41,183 nt of DNA from an uncultured Desulfobacterales bacterium (GCA_964346545.1 CAYFVR010000001.1:11440-52622), one strand, 5' to 3'. Numbered from the stretch's first letter, positions 1 through 9,844 are shown. Notes: generated from the sequence alone by a model not told the origin. Numbers and translations are program-made.

Positions 1-85
1 TATGGAAAGACATCCGCGGCGTCGGGCCTTGGGAGAAGGGCGTCGGGAAAGGAAATTCAAGGAGGAGCCAAGACAAGGTGTGACT

Positions 86-1354
86 ATGGTCAATAAAGTG
101 GCGGTCTACTGGGACTTCGAAAACATTCACGCGTCGCTGTGCACGGTGACCTACGGGCCGAAGTGGTACTACGAGAACCGGTATTCCCGACAGCCGGACA
201 TCGTGGACATCACCTCGATCATGGAATACATCGCCTCGGTCGGCGACATCAACATCAACAAGGCGTACGCCAACTGGAGTTTTTTCTATCCCTACAATTT
301 CATGCTCCAGGAATACGCCCTGGACCTGGTGCAGCTTTTTCCCCGGGGCAGCCACGGCAAAAACGGCGCGGACATCCGCATGGCCATCGACGTCATCGAA
401 GACCTCAACTCCAATCCCCACATCGACACCATCGTGCTGATCGGGGGCGACAGCGACTACATCGCCATCGCCCAGCGGGTGCGCCAAAAGGGCAAGGAGA
501 TCATCGGCATCGGGGTGAAGGAGACCACCAACCAATACTGGATCAAATCCTGCAACCAGTTCAAATTTTACGCCAGCCTCCGGATGAAGTCGGCCTCCAT
601 CTCCAGCATGGAAGAGATGGAATATCAGATCGAGGACCTGGAGGACGCCAAGAACCTGCTCTCCAAGGCGATCACCAAGATCATGTCCGAATCGGGCGAG
701 CCCTTCGCCCGCAAGGCCGCCATCAAACCGATGATGATCCGGCTGGACCCCTCCTTCGACGAGACCAATTTCGGCTTCACCAATTTTTCCTCGTTTCTGG
801 ACGCCTGCGATTTTCTTTCCATCGTCCAAGGGGAACACGATCACCTGGTGACGATGAAAGGCAAGGAAGACTGCGAGGGGTTTTTGGAGGAGCGGGAGAA
901 TATTTCCGACACCGAGGCGATCTACGGGCGGATCTTAAAAAAGCAGCAGATTCGCCTGCCCCAGCCGCAAATCATGATCGAGGGACTGCGGGAAAGCCAT
1001 CGGCTGTTCCAGGATTCCGCCGGCGGCGTGAGTTCCTACGTGGATTTCAAAAACCTGCTCATGCGGCGCATGGAGGAACGGGAATTCTGCGTGACGGAAA
1101 CCGACGTCTCCAAAATCAAGGCGCTGATCTACAAAGCCTTCGGCTTCCGCATCGACCCCAGCCGAAGCCGAATTCTGCTGTCGGAGGACATCGCCTCGGA
1201 ATCCGACCTGCTGTGGCGGGTGTTCCGAATGCTGGTGAAGCGGGTGTCCGACAACATTGACGGGAAGCCGGATACGGGGACGCTTTCGGAAATGCTTTAC
1301 GGGGACGACCAGCATTTGAGCCAGGTGGAGGAGATGATTCGGGCGGTGGGGTGA
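86..1354 (+). CDS. NYN (LabA/Marf1-like) nuclease-domain protein with a C-terminal OST-HTH/LOTUS-like region
   Basis: ORF 2..1354. VAVYWDFENI ... GKNGADIRMAIDV ... IVLIGGDSDYIAIAQRVRQKGKEIIGIG matches the NYN/LabA acidic-residue pattern. The following EPFARKAAIKPMMIRLDPSFDETNFGFTNFSSFLDAC segment looks like OST-HTH/LOTUS. I moved the start to ATG 86 (MVNKVAVYWDFEN) because the 28 upstream codons are R/E-rich and unlike a protein N-terminus. Confidence 0.8.
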   Translation: MVNKVAVYWDFENIHASLCTVTYGPKWYYENRYSRQPDIVDITSIMEYIASVGDININKAYANWSFFYPYNFMLQEYALDLVQLFPRGSHGKNGADIRMAIDVIEDLNSNPHIDTIVLIGGDSDYIAIAQRVRQKGKEIIGIGVKETTNQYWIKSCNQFKFYASLRMKSASISSMEEMEYQIEDLEDAKNLLSKAITKIMSESGEPFARKAAIKPMMIRLDPSFDETNFGFTNFSSFLDACDFLSIVQGEHDHLVTMKGKEDCEGFLEERENISDTEAIYGRILKKQQIRLPQPQIMIEGLRESHRLFQDSAGGVSSYVDFKNLLMRRMEEREFCVTETDVSKIKALIYKAFGFRIDPSRSRILLSEDIASESDLLWRVFRMLVKRVSDNIDGKPDTGTLSEMLYGDDQHLSQVEEMIRAVG

Positions 1355-1468
1355 ATTGGGAATTGAAAATGGATAGTTGATAAAAAGGCAATCCAAGCAA
1401 AACCTCCCTCTTGGTCCCAATCAGAAAATGTACCGAATAAATTGTCTTCCTTTCAAATTATACTTTTT

Positions 1469-1489
1469 TTCAATCCATAATCGATTGAA
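1469..1489. promoter_or_regulatory. Inverted repeat TTCAATC-N7-GATTGAA spanning a CATAAT -10-like hexamer just upstream of brnT; candidate toxin-antitoxin autoregulatory operator
   Basis: Arms at 1469-1475 and 1483-1489 are perfect reverse complements. CATAAT lies at 1476-1481 and TTCAAA at 1452-1457 (18-nt spacer). A second ATTGA-N6-TCAAT repeat overlaps 1484-1499. Confidence 0.3.
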
Positions 1490-1497
1490 TGCAATCA

Positions 1498-1767
1498 ATG
1501 AATTTTGAGTGGGATGAAACAAAGGATTCTACCAATCAGAAAAAACATGGTATCTCCTTTGTGGAAGCCAGCGAAGTGTTTAATGATAATTTATCCTCTT
1601 GTGTTCTCGATCCGGATCACTCTTGCCGAGAAGAGCGATATTTGCTTTTTGGCGTTTCTTCAAAGGGCACTTATCTTGTGGTCTCGTTTACTGAAAGAGG
1701 CGAGGCCATTCGCATCATCTCTGCCAGACGCATGACCAAACAGGAGCGGAAAGCCTATGAACGATGA
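1498..1767 (+). CDS. brnT: BrnT-family (DUF497) type II toxin
   Basis: MNFEWDETKDSTNQKKHGISFVEASEVFND ... RIISARRMTKQERKAYE is the typical BrnT/DUF497 pattern (FEWDxxKxxxNxxKHGxSF ... RIISARxxxxxE). The tracked ORF starts at 1489, but family members begin at MxFEWD, so ATG 1498 is preferred. Confidence 0.85.
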   Translation: MNFEWDETKDSTNQKKHGISFVEASEVFNDNLSSCVLDPDHSCREERYLLFGVSSKGTYLVVSFTERGEAIRIISARRMTKQERKAYER

Positions 1768-1984
1768 AGACACATTGCGGCCTGAATATCCGGCGGAACT
1801 GATCAAGTCCGGGGTACGCGGAAAATATGTCAAAGCCTATCGGGAAGGGACCAATATCGTTGTTATTTCTCCCGAATTGCGCAAACTTTTCCCGGATTCG
1901 GAGTCCGTCAATAAAGCATTGCGTCAGTATGCAAAAGAGCATGGAATGGATGTAGATGGGTCAATTAGGGAAAATGTGGGATAG
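1757..1984 (+). CDS. Putative cognate antitoxin of BrnT (BrnA position)
   Basis: 75-aa ORF overlapping the brnT 3' end by 11 nt, in the toxin-first order typical of brnTA. The pattern LRPEY...RGKYVKAYREGTNIVVISPELRKLFPDSESVNKALRQY is one I recall from small proteins encoded next to DUF497 toxins. The family assignment is not verified. Confidence 0.55.
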   Translation: MNDEDTLRPEYPAELIKSGVRGKYVKAYREGTNIVVISPELRKLFPDSESVNKALRQYAKEHGMDVDGSIRENVG

Positions 1985-2012
1985 CCAGAAATTTCGGAAG
2001 CTTCCGCCCGAA

Positions 2013-2189
2013 ATGAAACATCCAAAGATTGAATCAGCCCATGCAATTGACAACCATACGTTATTGGTTGAATTCGACAACCACCAAAAGAAAAAATACG
2101 ATGTCACCCCTTTTCCACTTCCAAAGCCCACCCTGCAAAGTAGCAATGGGAACGGCGAAAAAGGAATTTTCCACGGGCGTTGGACATGA
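2013..2189 (+). CDS. DUF2442-like small protein, probably degenerate in its C-terminal half
   Basis: MKHPKIESAHAIDNHTLLVEFDNHQKKKYDVTP resembles a DUF2442 N-terminal half (xxIxxVxxxxxxxLxVxFxNGxxxxxDV). After about codon 33 the frame gives PLPKPTLQSSNGNGEK, which is unlike the family. The +1 frame (2029..2316) carries ...FSTGVGHEHRFSFGRIFQPDAGNPTFY, which is vaguely family-like. Confidence 0.35.
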   Translation: MKHPKIESAHAIDNHTLLVEFDNHQKKKYDVTPFPLPKPTLQSSNGNGEKGIFHGRWT

Positions 2190-2312
2190 GCACCGTTTTT
2201 CTTTCGGCCGGATTTTTCAACCCGATGCCGGCAACCCAACATTTTACGGGGCCGGCCTCAGCGAAAACCGGGAATCGAAGCGACGGCGAACCATAAACCA
2301 AAAGGGTGGTTT

Positions 2313-3227
2313 ATGACAGACTTATTTTACATCACATTTCCTGTTTCGGGAGTGACAACATGGGCATTCCTTCCGCCGCTGGCGGCTTTTGTCGTATCTT
2401 TTTTCACATCCATGGGCGGAGTATCCGGCGCTTTTCTGCTATTGCCGTTTCAAATGAGCGTATTGAACTATACGGCCCCCTCCGTAAGCGGAACAAACCA
2501 GTTATTCAACATCATCGCAATCCCAAGCGGCGTATGGCGGTACATTAGAGAAAAACGTATGGTATGGCCCCTGACATGGGCCGTGATAATCGGAACGTTG
2601 CCCGGCGTGATAATCGGCGCATGGGTCCGACTGGAATATCTTCCAGACTCAAAAAATTTCAAATTTTTTTCAGCATTTGTACTATTATATATAGGCATCA
2701 AACTGTTCGCGGACGCAATCAAACGGAAAGAGGCGGTTCCCAAAAATGCATCCGGAAAAGGCAAAACAGATTTCACCATCACGGAAATCCGTTTCTCCGT
2801 AAAACAATCGGAATTCCGATTTGGGGGCCAGAAATACATTTTTTCCGTTCCCGGCGTTTTTTCGCTTTGTTTTGTCGTCGGCATAATCGGCGGCATATAC
2901 GGGATTGGCGGGGGAGCAATTATCGCTCCTTTCTTTGTCGCCTTTTTTCATCTTCCTGTTTATGCGGTGGCCGGCGCCGCTCTTATGGGAACCTTCATCA
3001 CATCCATAGCCGGCGTCATTACATATCAGATCATGTCTTATTTTTATTCAGGCATATCGGTCGCTCCCGACTGGTATCTCGGCCTTCTTTTCGGAGCGGG
3101 CGGTTTTGCGGGCATGTATCTCGGGGCAAGATGCCAGAAAAACGTTCCCGCAAACACAATTAAATTTATTTTATTTTCGTGCGTTATGTTTGTATCAATA
3201 AAGTATATGTACGATTACTTTAAATGA
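2313..3227 (+). CDS. TauE/SafE (DUF81) family anion/sulfite exporter-like permease
   Basis: 304-aa polytopic protein. FFTSMGGVSGAFLLLPF ... VSGTNQLFNIIAIPSGVWRY ... IIGGIYGIGGGAIIAPFFV shows the duplicated glycine-rich TM motifs of TauE/SafE. An AAGGGTGG SD lies upstream of ATG 2313. Confidence 0.85.
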   Translation: MTDLFYITFPVSGVTTWAFLPPLAAFVVSFFTSMGGVSGAFLLLPFQMSVLNYTAPSVSGTNQLFNIIAIPSGVWRYIREKRMVWPLTWAVIIGTLPGVIIGAWVRLEYLPDSKNFKFFSAFVLLYIGIKLFADAIKRKEAVPKNASGKGKTDFTITEIRFSVKQSEFRFGGQKYIFSVPGVFSLCFVVGIIGGIYGIGGGAIIAPFFVAFFHLPVYAVAGAALMGTFITSIAGVITYQIMSYFYSGISVAPDWYLGLLFGAGGFAGMYLGARCQKNVPANTIKFILFSCVMFVSIKYMYDYFK

Positions 3228-3395
3228 TATAAATGCTGGCGAGCCCGCTTTCCGCAAGCGTTCCAGTTGTTCGAAATCGCCGAGGCCGACAAGCGCGGCA
3301 ACGGGTTTTCCCCGCCGCGGAATAAGAACGGCGTTGCCCGCCTCCGCTTTTCGGATACATTCCGAGAAATTCGCTTGGCTTCCCCCGCGGATAAA

Positions 3396-3399
<4 letters not shown>
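3195..3399 (-). pseudogene. Phd/YefM-like antitoxin relic, absent from the ORF track, apparently frameshifted at a G5 run and lacking a toxin partner
   Basis: My own minus-strand translation from 3395 gives FIRGGSQANFSECIRKAEAGNAVLIPRRGKPVAALVGLGDFEQLERLRKAG..., ending at TGA 3197-3195. This fits the Phd/YefM core (xANFSExxxxxxxGxxVxIxRxGKPVAxLV...E.L). The frame has no start codon. Removing one G from the run at 3382-3386 would link it to GTG 3399-3397, which overlaps the dapL stop as GTGA, giving MIYPRGSQANFSEC... Confidence 0.45.
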
Positions 3400-4625
<1,226 letters not shown>

Positions 4626-4864
4626 GGCGCGTCCTTTGGCGTCGATGGAGAAATTTGGAATGGCCGTCTTCCGGCGGAATGGAAACGGAGGGGTTATAGG
4701 AAAAGCCTTGCCGGGTGTCAACCGCGCCCCGAAGTCTCCGTTCGGATCGCCATCGTCCGCGATTGATTTGACAAAGAGGCCCTTCTGTATAACCCTATCT
4801 TCAACAAACGGGCCACCGGCCCAAAGATTGAACCGACGGCCTTCGGCCGGAGAGGAGTGTTCCA

Positions 4865-5176
4865 ATGTTCAACGTGACCGACGCGGCCCAAAACCAGGTC
4901 GCGGAGTTTTTCAAGGAAAAAGAACAACAGCCGATTCGCGTCTTCCTTCACGAAGGCGGCTGTTCCGGCCCCGTGCTGGCCATGGCGATGGACAAGGAGC
5001 GCGACGGCGATTCCAAGTTCGAATTCGACGGCGTGGAATTTTTGGTGAATCAGCAGTTCCTGGAGCAGGCGCAACCCATCGAGGTGGATTACAAAACCGC
5101 CGGGTTCACCGTCACTTCCGGGCTTTCCCTGGAAAGCGGCTGTTCCAGTTGCGGCAGCAAAAAAGGCTGCGGCTGA
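4865..5176 (+). CDS. HesB/IscA-like iron-sulfur cluster carrier protein
   Basis: 103 aa. [16 protein letters not shown] ... [13 protein letters not shown] ... [20 protein letters not shown] matches the IscA/HesB fold pattern. The Cys-rich C-terminus is [24 protein letters not shown] lies upstream. Confidence 0.7.
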   Translation: MFNVTDAAQNQVAEFFKEKEQQPIRVFLHEGGCSGPVLAMAMDKERDGDSKFEFDGVEFLVNQQFLEQAQPIEVDYKTAGFTVTSGLSLESGCSSCGSKKGCG

Positions 5177-5202
5177 TCGGAAACCCCGTCGTTCAATGAT
5201 TG

Positions 5203-5230
5203 CGGCCCGCTTCGGCGGGCCGTTTTTATT
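5203..5230 (+). terminator. Rho-independent terminator of the IscA-like gene
   Basis: 8-bp GC stem CGGCCCGC (5203-5210) / GCGGGCCG (5215-5222) with a TTCG tetraloop, followed by TTTTTATT. It sits 26 nt after the stop codon. Confidence 0.8.
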
Positions 5231-5247
5231 GGGGGGGGCAAGGCAAA

Positions 5248-5295
5248 CGGACGAACACGGATTTGGCTTGTTCGCGCCAAGTCCGTGTTCGTCCG
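5248..5295 (-). terminator. 14-bp perfect inverted repeat between convergent genes; possible terminator of the rhodanese-ferritin-like gene
   Basis: CGGACGAACACGGA (5248-5261) and TCCGTGTTCGTCCG (5282-5295) flank a 20-nt loop. On the minus strand the repeat lies 46 nt after the stop at 5341 and is followed by TTTGCC. Confidence 0.4.
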
Positions 5296-5340
5296 GGAAA
5301 CCCGCCCGCGGAGCACCCAAAGCCGGAATCGGGACGTTGA

Positions 5341-6162
5341 CTATCCCACGCAGGCAACGATGCCTTCCCCCAGCCGCCGCATGTGGGCTTTTTCGGCCTG
5401 GGCGATGGTCAGAAAGGCCTGGCGGGCTTCGTCGTCCGCCGCGCGGTCGGCCATGTTGCGGTACAGGTCGTAGGCCGAATATTCCACCGTCATCCCCATC
5501 TCCAGCAGAGGAACGCAGGGATCTTCCTGGATTTCCTCCACCTGCTTCAGCATGTCCGTCAAAGGGCGACCGCCTTCCAGAATTTCGCCGTCCAATTCCT
5601 CGAACAAGGTTTCAAAGGGCGGCGGATCGTTCACCAACTTTTTCCAGAAATGATACAAAGTGCGGGCGTGGGCGGTTTCGGCGCGAGACAGTTCGTCCGC
5701 CACCCCGCCGAAGGCTTCGGCCCCGTGCCGATCCACCAGGGCGGTGTAAAAACGGTACGCCCCCTTTTCCAGATTCATGGCCACCCGCAGTTGATCGGCG
5801 ACGCTTTCGGCCCCCGCGAACAGGTCCACTTTGGGGAAATCGGCCAACGTCCGCCCCTCCCAGGCCAGAATCCCGCCGTCCAGATGGCGAATCGGCTTTT
5901 CCGTCACTTCGGCGGCTTCGGCCAAATCGGCCGCGGCCAGAGACCGGCCCCCGACGTGGCAGTAGAAAATCAGCTCCCGATCGTCGGGCAAATCGAACAC
6001 CTGGGTTTGCAGCTCCATCAAGGGAATGAGCCGGGCGCCGGGAATGTGCCGGGCCGCGTACTCCGCCGGCTGCCGAACGTCGATCAGCACGTAATCCCTT
6101 TCCTTTTTCCGCTGGATCAGGCTCCGCAAATCATCCGCGTCCATCGTATGAATCTCGGCCAT
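5341..6162 (-). CDS. Rhodanese domain fused to a ferritin/rubrerythrin-like di-iron four-helix-bundle domain
   Basis: N-terminal part: DYVLIDVRQPAEYAARHIPGA ... IFYCHVGGRS (CxxxxR rhodanese active-site loop). C-terminal part: NLEKGAYRFY, SRAETAHARTLY, MTVEYSAYDLY and AQAEKAHMRRL give an E / ExxH / E / ExxH ligand pattern. The start is set at ATG 6162, with AAAGGAG 5 nt upstream. The tracked GTG at 6180 is less likely. Confidence 0.75.
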   Translation of the reverse strand: MAEIHTMDADDLRSLIQRKKERDYVLIDVRQPAEYAARHIPGARLIPLMELQTQVFDLPDDRELIFYCHVGGRSLAAADLAEAAEVTEKPIRHLDGGILAWEGRTLADFPKVDLFAGAESVADQLRVAMNLEKGAYRFYTALVDRHGAEAFGGVADELSRAETAHARTLYHFWKKLVNDPPPFETLFEELDGEILEGGRPLTDMLKQVEEIQEDPCVPLLEMGMTVEYSAYDLYRNMADRAADDEARQAFLTIAQAEKAHMRRLGEGIVACVG

Positions 6163-6320
6163 GGCCGCTCCTTTCGTCACAAATCGGTTGGGAAAGCGTC
6201 GAATCTCGCCCTAAAACAGGCCCGGCCAAAGCACAAGCGGCGGTCGGCCGGGGGGAAATGAACGGCCCGCGGAACCCTCCGCGAACCGTTTACATGCAAG
6301 ACGGGCCCCGCCCACCGACG

Positions 6321-8405
6321 TTACGGCGCCTGGGCGATCCGTCGGGCCAGGATGGCCGGGTCGGTCACCGGCTGTTCGCAGGCGAAGCCGGAACAGAGGT
6401 AGGCGGCCGCGCCGTTTTCCGTTCCGGGCAAGCCGGCGACAAAGGGCGCGAGGCGGGCCAGGGCTTCGGCGGTTTCCGGCGTGCGGAGCAGCACCGCCGC
6501 TTCGGGGAGGAAGGCGCGATGGACCACGTCGATCATCTCCCGGGTCTCCGGCGCGTCGGCCGGGCCGTCCAGGACGATCTCCCGGGTGGGGTGCAGCACC
6601 CAGTCGGCCCCCATCAAAAAATGGGCGAAGGCCGACGGCTGGCGCTCCAAAACTCCGGCGAAGGCCCGGATCAGCTCGTCGGCCCGGGTTTCCCAACTGG
6701 CCTCTCCGGTGAGGCGGGCCAGCGTCAGCAGGTTGGTCAGCGCCACCGAATTGGCCGAGGGGGTCGCCCCGTCGAAGAGTTCCCGGGGCCGAACCGGCAG
6801 TTCGCCGGTGGCCTCCGCGCCGGAAAGGAAAAATCCGCCCCCTTCCGAATCCCAAAAATCGGCGATCATCCGCTCTTGAAGTTCGATCGCCTTTTCCAGC
6901 CACCGGGGATCGAAGGTGGTTCGGTAGAGTTCCAACAGCCCGTCCACCAGGAAGGCGTAGTCGTCGGCGTGACCGGCGATGCCCGCCTCGCCGTCCCGAT
7001 AGCGGTGGAACAGCCCGCCGTCCGCCGTGGTCATGCGTTTCAACACAAAATCGGCCGCCTTTTGCGCCGCTTCGGTGTAGGCCGGTTCGTCCAGGGAGCG
7101 GCCGCCGAGGGCCAGGGCGCCGATCATCAGGCCGTTCCAATCCGTCAGGATTTTGTCGTCCCGCAGGGGCCGCACCCGCTTCTCCCGATGCTGGAACAGC
7201 GTCGCGCGGGCCGCCTCCCACCGGCGGCGAAACGCCTCGGGGGACATGCCGGCCCCTTCGGACCAGTCCGCCAGGGGCCGGTCCAGGTGGAGGATATTCG
7301 CTCCGGTGCGACGGCCCGTGGCCTCGTCCAGAAAGTTGCCCTCGGGCCGAACGCCGAAGACCCGGCCCCAGAAGGCCGCCTCTTCTTCCCCAAGGACTTC
7401 CCGGAGTTCCGCCTCGGTCCAGACGTAGAATTTACCCTCCTCGCCCTCGCTGTCGGCGTCTTCCGCCGCGTAAAACCCGCCGTCGGGATCGGTCATGTCC
7501 CGCAGGACGTAGGCGAAAATTGATCGCGCCGTTTCGGCGAAATCGGGGCGGGCCGTCACCTGGGCGCCCTCCAGATAGGCCCGGGCCAGCAGCGCCTGGT
7601 CGTAGAGCATTTTTTCGAAATGGGGGAGCAGCCAGCGGTTGTCGGTGGAGTAGCGGTGAAAGCCGTAGCCCACATGATCCCACAACCCGCCCAGGGCCAT
7701 TTGCATAAGGGTCCGGGTCACCATTTCCAGCGACTTGGCGTCCCCCGTTCGACGATGATGGCGAAGCAGCAGCCGCAGCCGATGGGGCGTGGGAAACTTG
7801 GGCGCGGCGTCGAATCCGCCGTTTTCGGCGTCGAAGCTCTCGCCCAGTTGGCGGCGGGCCTGGTCCAGAATATCCGGCGAGAGGGTTCCCTGGGCGTCGA
7901 AGGTGAAGGCGCGGCCCAGATGCGCCGTGATGCTCTCGGCCGAGTCGAGGACCTTGGACCGATCATTTTCCCACAGCCCTTTCACCTGGCGGCAAATGTC
8001 GATGAGACCGGGACTGCCGTGGCGGCTTTCCTTGGGGATGTAGGTGCCGCCGAAAAAGGGCCGCCGATCCGGCGTCATGAAAATGGTCAACGGCCAGCCG
8101 CCCCGGCCGGTCACCATCTGGCAGACCGCCATGTAGACGGCGTCGATGTCCGGCCGCTCCTCCCGATCCACCTTGATGCAGACGAAGGTATCGTTGAGAT
8201 GGCGGGCCGCCTCCGGGTCCTCGAAGGATTCCCGCTCCATCACGTGGCACCAGTGGCAGGTGGCGTAGCCGATGGAGAGAAACACCGGCTTGTCCTGGTC
8301 CCGGGCCGCTTCGAAGGCCGCCTCGGACCAGGGATGCCAGTCCACCGGGTTTTCGGCGTGTTGAAGAAGATAGGGACTTTTTTCGTGTTGCAGGCGATTG
8401 GGCAT
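6321..8405 (-). CDS. DUF255 thioredoxin-fold protein (YyaL/SSP411-like) with a C-terminal (alpha/alpha)6 epimerase-like domain
   Basis: [61 protein letters not shown] is the family-defining N-terminus. AGGAGG lies 6 nt upstream of ATG 8405. Confidence 0.9.
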   Translation of the reverse strand: MPNRLQHEKSPYLLQHAENPVDWHPWSEAAFEAARDQDKPVFLSIGYATCHWCHVMERESFEDPEAARHLNDTFVCIKVDREERPDIDAVYMAVCQMVTGRGGWPLTIFMTPDRRPFFGGTYIPKESRHGSPGLIDICRQVKGLWENDRSKVLDSAESITAHLGRAFTFDAQGTLSPDILDQARRQLGESFDAENGGFDAAPKFPTPHRLRLLLRHHRRTGDAKSLEMVTRTLMQMALGGLWDHVGYGFHRYSTDNRWLLPHFEKMLYDQALLARAYLEGAQVTARPDFAETARSIFAYVLRDMTDPDGGFYAAEDADSEGEEGKFYVWTEAELREVLGEEEAAFWGRVFGVRPEGNFLDEATGRRTGANILHLDRPLADWSEGAGMSPEAFRRRWEAARATLFQHREKRVRPLRDDKILTDWNGLMIGALALGGRSLDEPAYTEAAQKAADFVLKRMTTADGGLFHRYRDGEAGIAGHADDYAFLVDGLLELYRTTFDPRWLEKAIELQERMIADFWDSEGGGFFLSGAEATGELPVRPRELFDGATPSANSVALTNLLTLARLTGEASWETRADELIRAFAGVLERQPSAFAHFLMGADWVLHPTREIVLDGPADAPETREMIDVVHRAFLPEAAVLLRTPETAEALARLAPFVAGLPGTENGAAAYLCSGFACEQPVTDPAILARRIAQAP

Positions 8406-8551
8406 TGCGCCCTCCTTTCATCGGATTCGCGATGGAATCAACATAAGAGACGAAAGGAGGGGACGCAAACGGCGGGATAGCGGGTACCGGCGTTGGGCGC
8501 CGCCGGCGGAACGGGGAAAGAAGACGGACGGATCGATCGGGCCTATTCGGG

Positions 8552-9844
8552 TCAGGAAACGGTGGCGTTCGCTTTCGGTGAAAAATCGGCCTCCGTCTCC
8601 GCCTCGGAGGCATCGGCCGCCGCCTCGGGATCGGCGGAACGGGCGATTTCGGTTTGGGCGCCGGTTTCGGCTACCGATTCCGCCGGCGAATTGGTTTCGG
8701 TTTTGGGATCGGCGTCGGATTCGGACCGCCATTCCTGGGTTTCCGCGAACTTCAAAGTGTTCAGGGCCTGGCCCGCCTTGGGGTGCCCCATTTTCTCCGC
8801 CGTCTGAAAATCCCGCTGGGCCCGCTCCGGCTGCTCCAGCCGGGTGAAGATGACGCCCCGGGCGTAGTATGCCTGAACGGCGCGAGGGTTGAGGGAAATC
8901 GCCCGGGTGAGCAGCCGGATGGCGTCGTGATACGCGCCCGACTCGTACAGCGCCTTTCCGCGCCGAACGTATTCCAGCTCGTTGGCGGGCTTTCGGCCCT
9001 CCGATTTCACGGCGGAACGGAGACGGGCCGACGCCGGCGCCGCTTCCGACGCGCCATCTGAACCGTCGGTGAATTTGGGTCCGGAAGCCTCGTCCGCGCC
9101 GCTCGTCGTCCCCCCGCGAAGGGGGGAACTGCGGGTCTCTTCGGCGCCGCCGGAAGCGGCGGGCTTGGGGACCAGGGATTGGCCGCAATACTTGCAGTCG
9201 CTGGAATGGACCGGAATCCGCTCCTTGCAGGCCGGACAGAGCCGACTTTGGCGGCCGGCCACCATTTGCAGCCGCTCCCGCATTTTTTTGGTGACGGTCA
9301 GATGATATTTGCCCAGAATGGTCTTGAGAAATTCGGCGAACAGCTTTTCGTCGATCTCGTATATTTCGATCTGGTGGTTGATCTCCCGCTCCACGATCCG
9401 GCGGTTTTCGTCGTAGTCCGGCAGGATCAAAGAAAAATCGGCCAGCAGCTCGATGATCTGGCCGTATTTGTCCAATTGCAGATTCTGGATGGCCGCCGAC
9501 GGGGGCATTTCCTTTTTAATGTTCTCGATCTTGAGATAGTCCACCGCGTTTTTGATGAGGGTCTTGGTTCCTTCGCGAATGGTTTTTTCCAGGGTGGCGG
9601 TGTCGTATTCGTTTTTGATCCGGCGGATTTTTCGCTCGTACTGGTTCTTAAGGGTTTGAATTTTCCGGACGTGCTCTTTCTCGATCCAGGCGCGGGTGTT
9701 GAGAAAGGCCACCAGCAGAAACACCAAAAAGACGAAAAAGCTGAGCAGAAAGGTGATGGCGGGCGTGAAGACCTGAAAGGCGGAAAAGGTGATCAAGGCC
9801 ATGCCTCCAAGCCCCAGCACCACCAGATTGGCATAAATGTGCAT
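8552..9844 (-). CDS. Membrane protein with two N-terminal TM helices, a coiled-coil region, a zinc ribbon and TPR repeats, ending in an acidic tail
   Basis: The start is set at MHIYANLVVLGLGG (ATG 9844). The 67 upstream tracked codons are R/P-rich. Motifs: CPACKERIPVHSSDCKYCG (CxxC-N10-CxxC), then YESGAYHDAIRLLTRAISLNPRAVQAYYARGVIFTRLEQPERAQRDFQTA (TPR). Confidence 0.7.
   Translation of the reverse strand: MHIYANLVVLGLGGMALITFSAFQVFTPAITFLLSFFVFLVFLLVAFLNTRAWIEKEHVRKIQTLKNQYERKIRRIKNEYDTATLEKTIREGTKTLIKNAVDYLKIENIKKEMPPSAAIQNLQLDKYGQIIELLADFSLILPDYDENRRIVEREINHQIEIYEIDEKLFAEFLKTILGKYHLTVTKKMRERLQMVAGRQSRLCPACKERIPVHSSDCKYCGQSLVPKPAASGGAEETRSSPLRGGTTSGADEASGPKFTDGSDGASEAAPASARLRSAVKSEGRKPANELEYVRRGKALYESGAYHDAIRLLTRAISLNPRAVQAYYARGVIFTRLEQPERAQRDFQTAEKMGHPKAGQALNTLKFAETQEWRSESDADPKTETNSPAESVAETGAQTEIARSADPEAAADASEAETEADFSPKANATVS

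Noticed and set aside
1355-3235. att-type direct repeats, an integrase, a transposase or a tRNA at the borders of the AT-rich islet.
   Set aside because: None was found by eye at either border, so I call it only a compositional islet and not a defined mobile element.
4768-4793. TTGACA (4768-4773) and TATAAC (4788-4793) upstream of the IscA-like gene.
   Set aside because: The spacer is only 14 nt, outside the 16-19 nt range. Alternative -35 registers (TTGATT at 19 nt, TGATTT at 18 nt) are weak.
4626-4865. N-terminal extensions of tracked ORFs. These affect dapL (to 4865), tex (to 12805), the TPR protein (to 10045), greA (from 39954), the NYN protein (from 2), the adaptor (from 26809) and tsaB (from 36078).
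   Set aside because: In each case the family-typical N-terminus starts at an internal ATG, TTG or GTG. Several of these have an SD sequence, and the upstream residues are compositionally unlike protein sequence.
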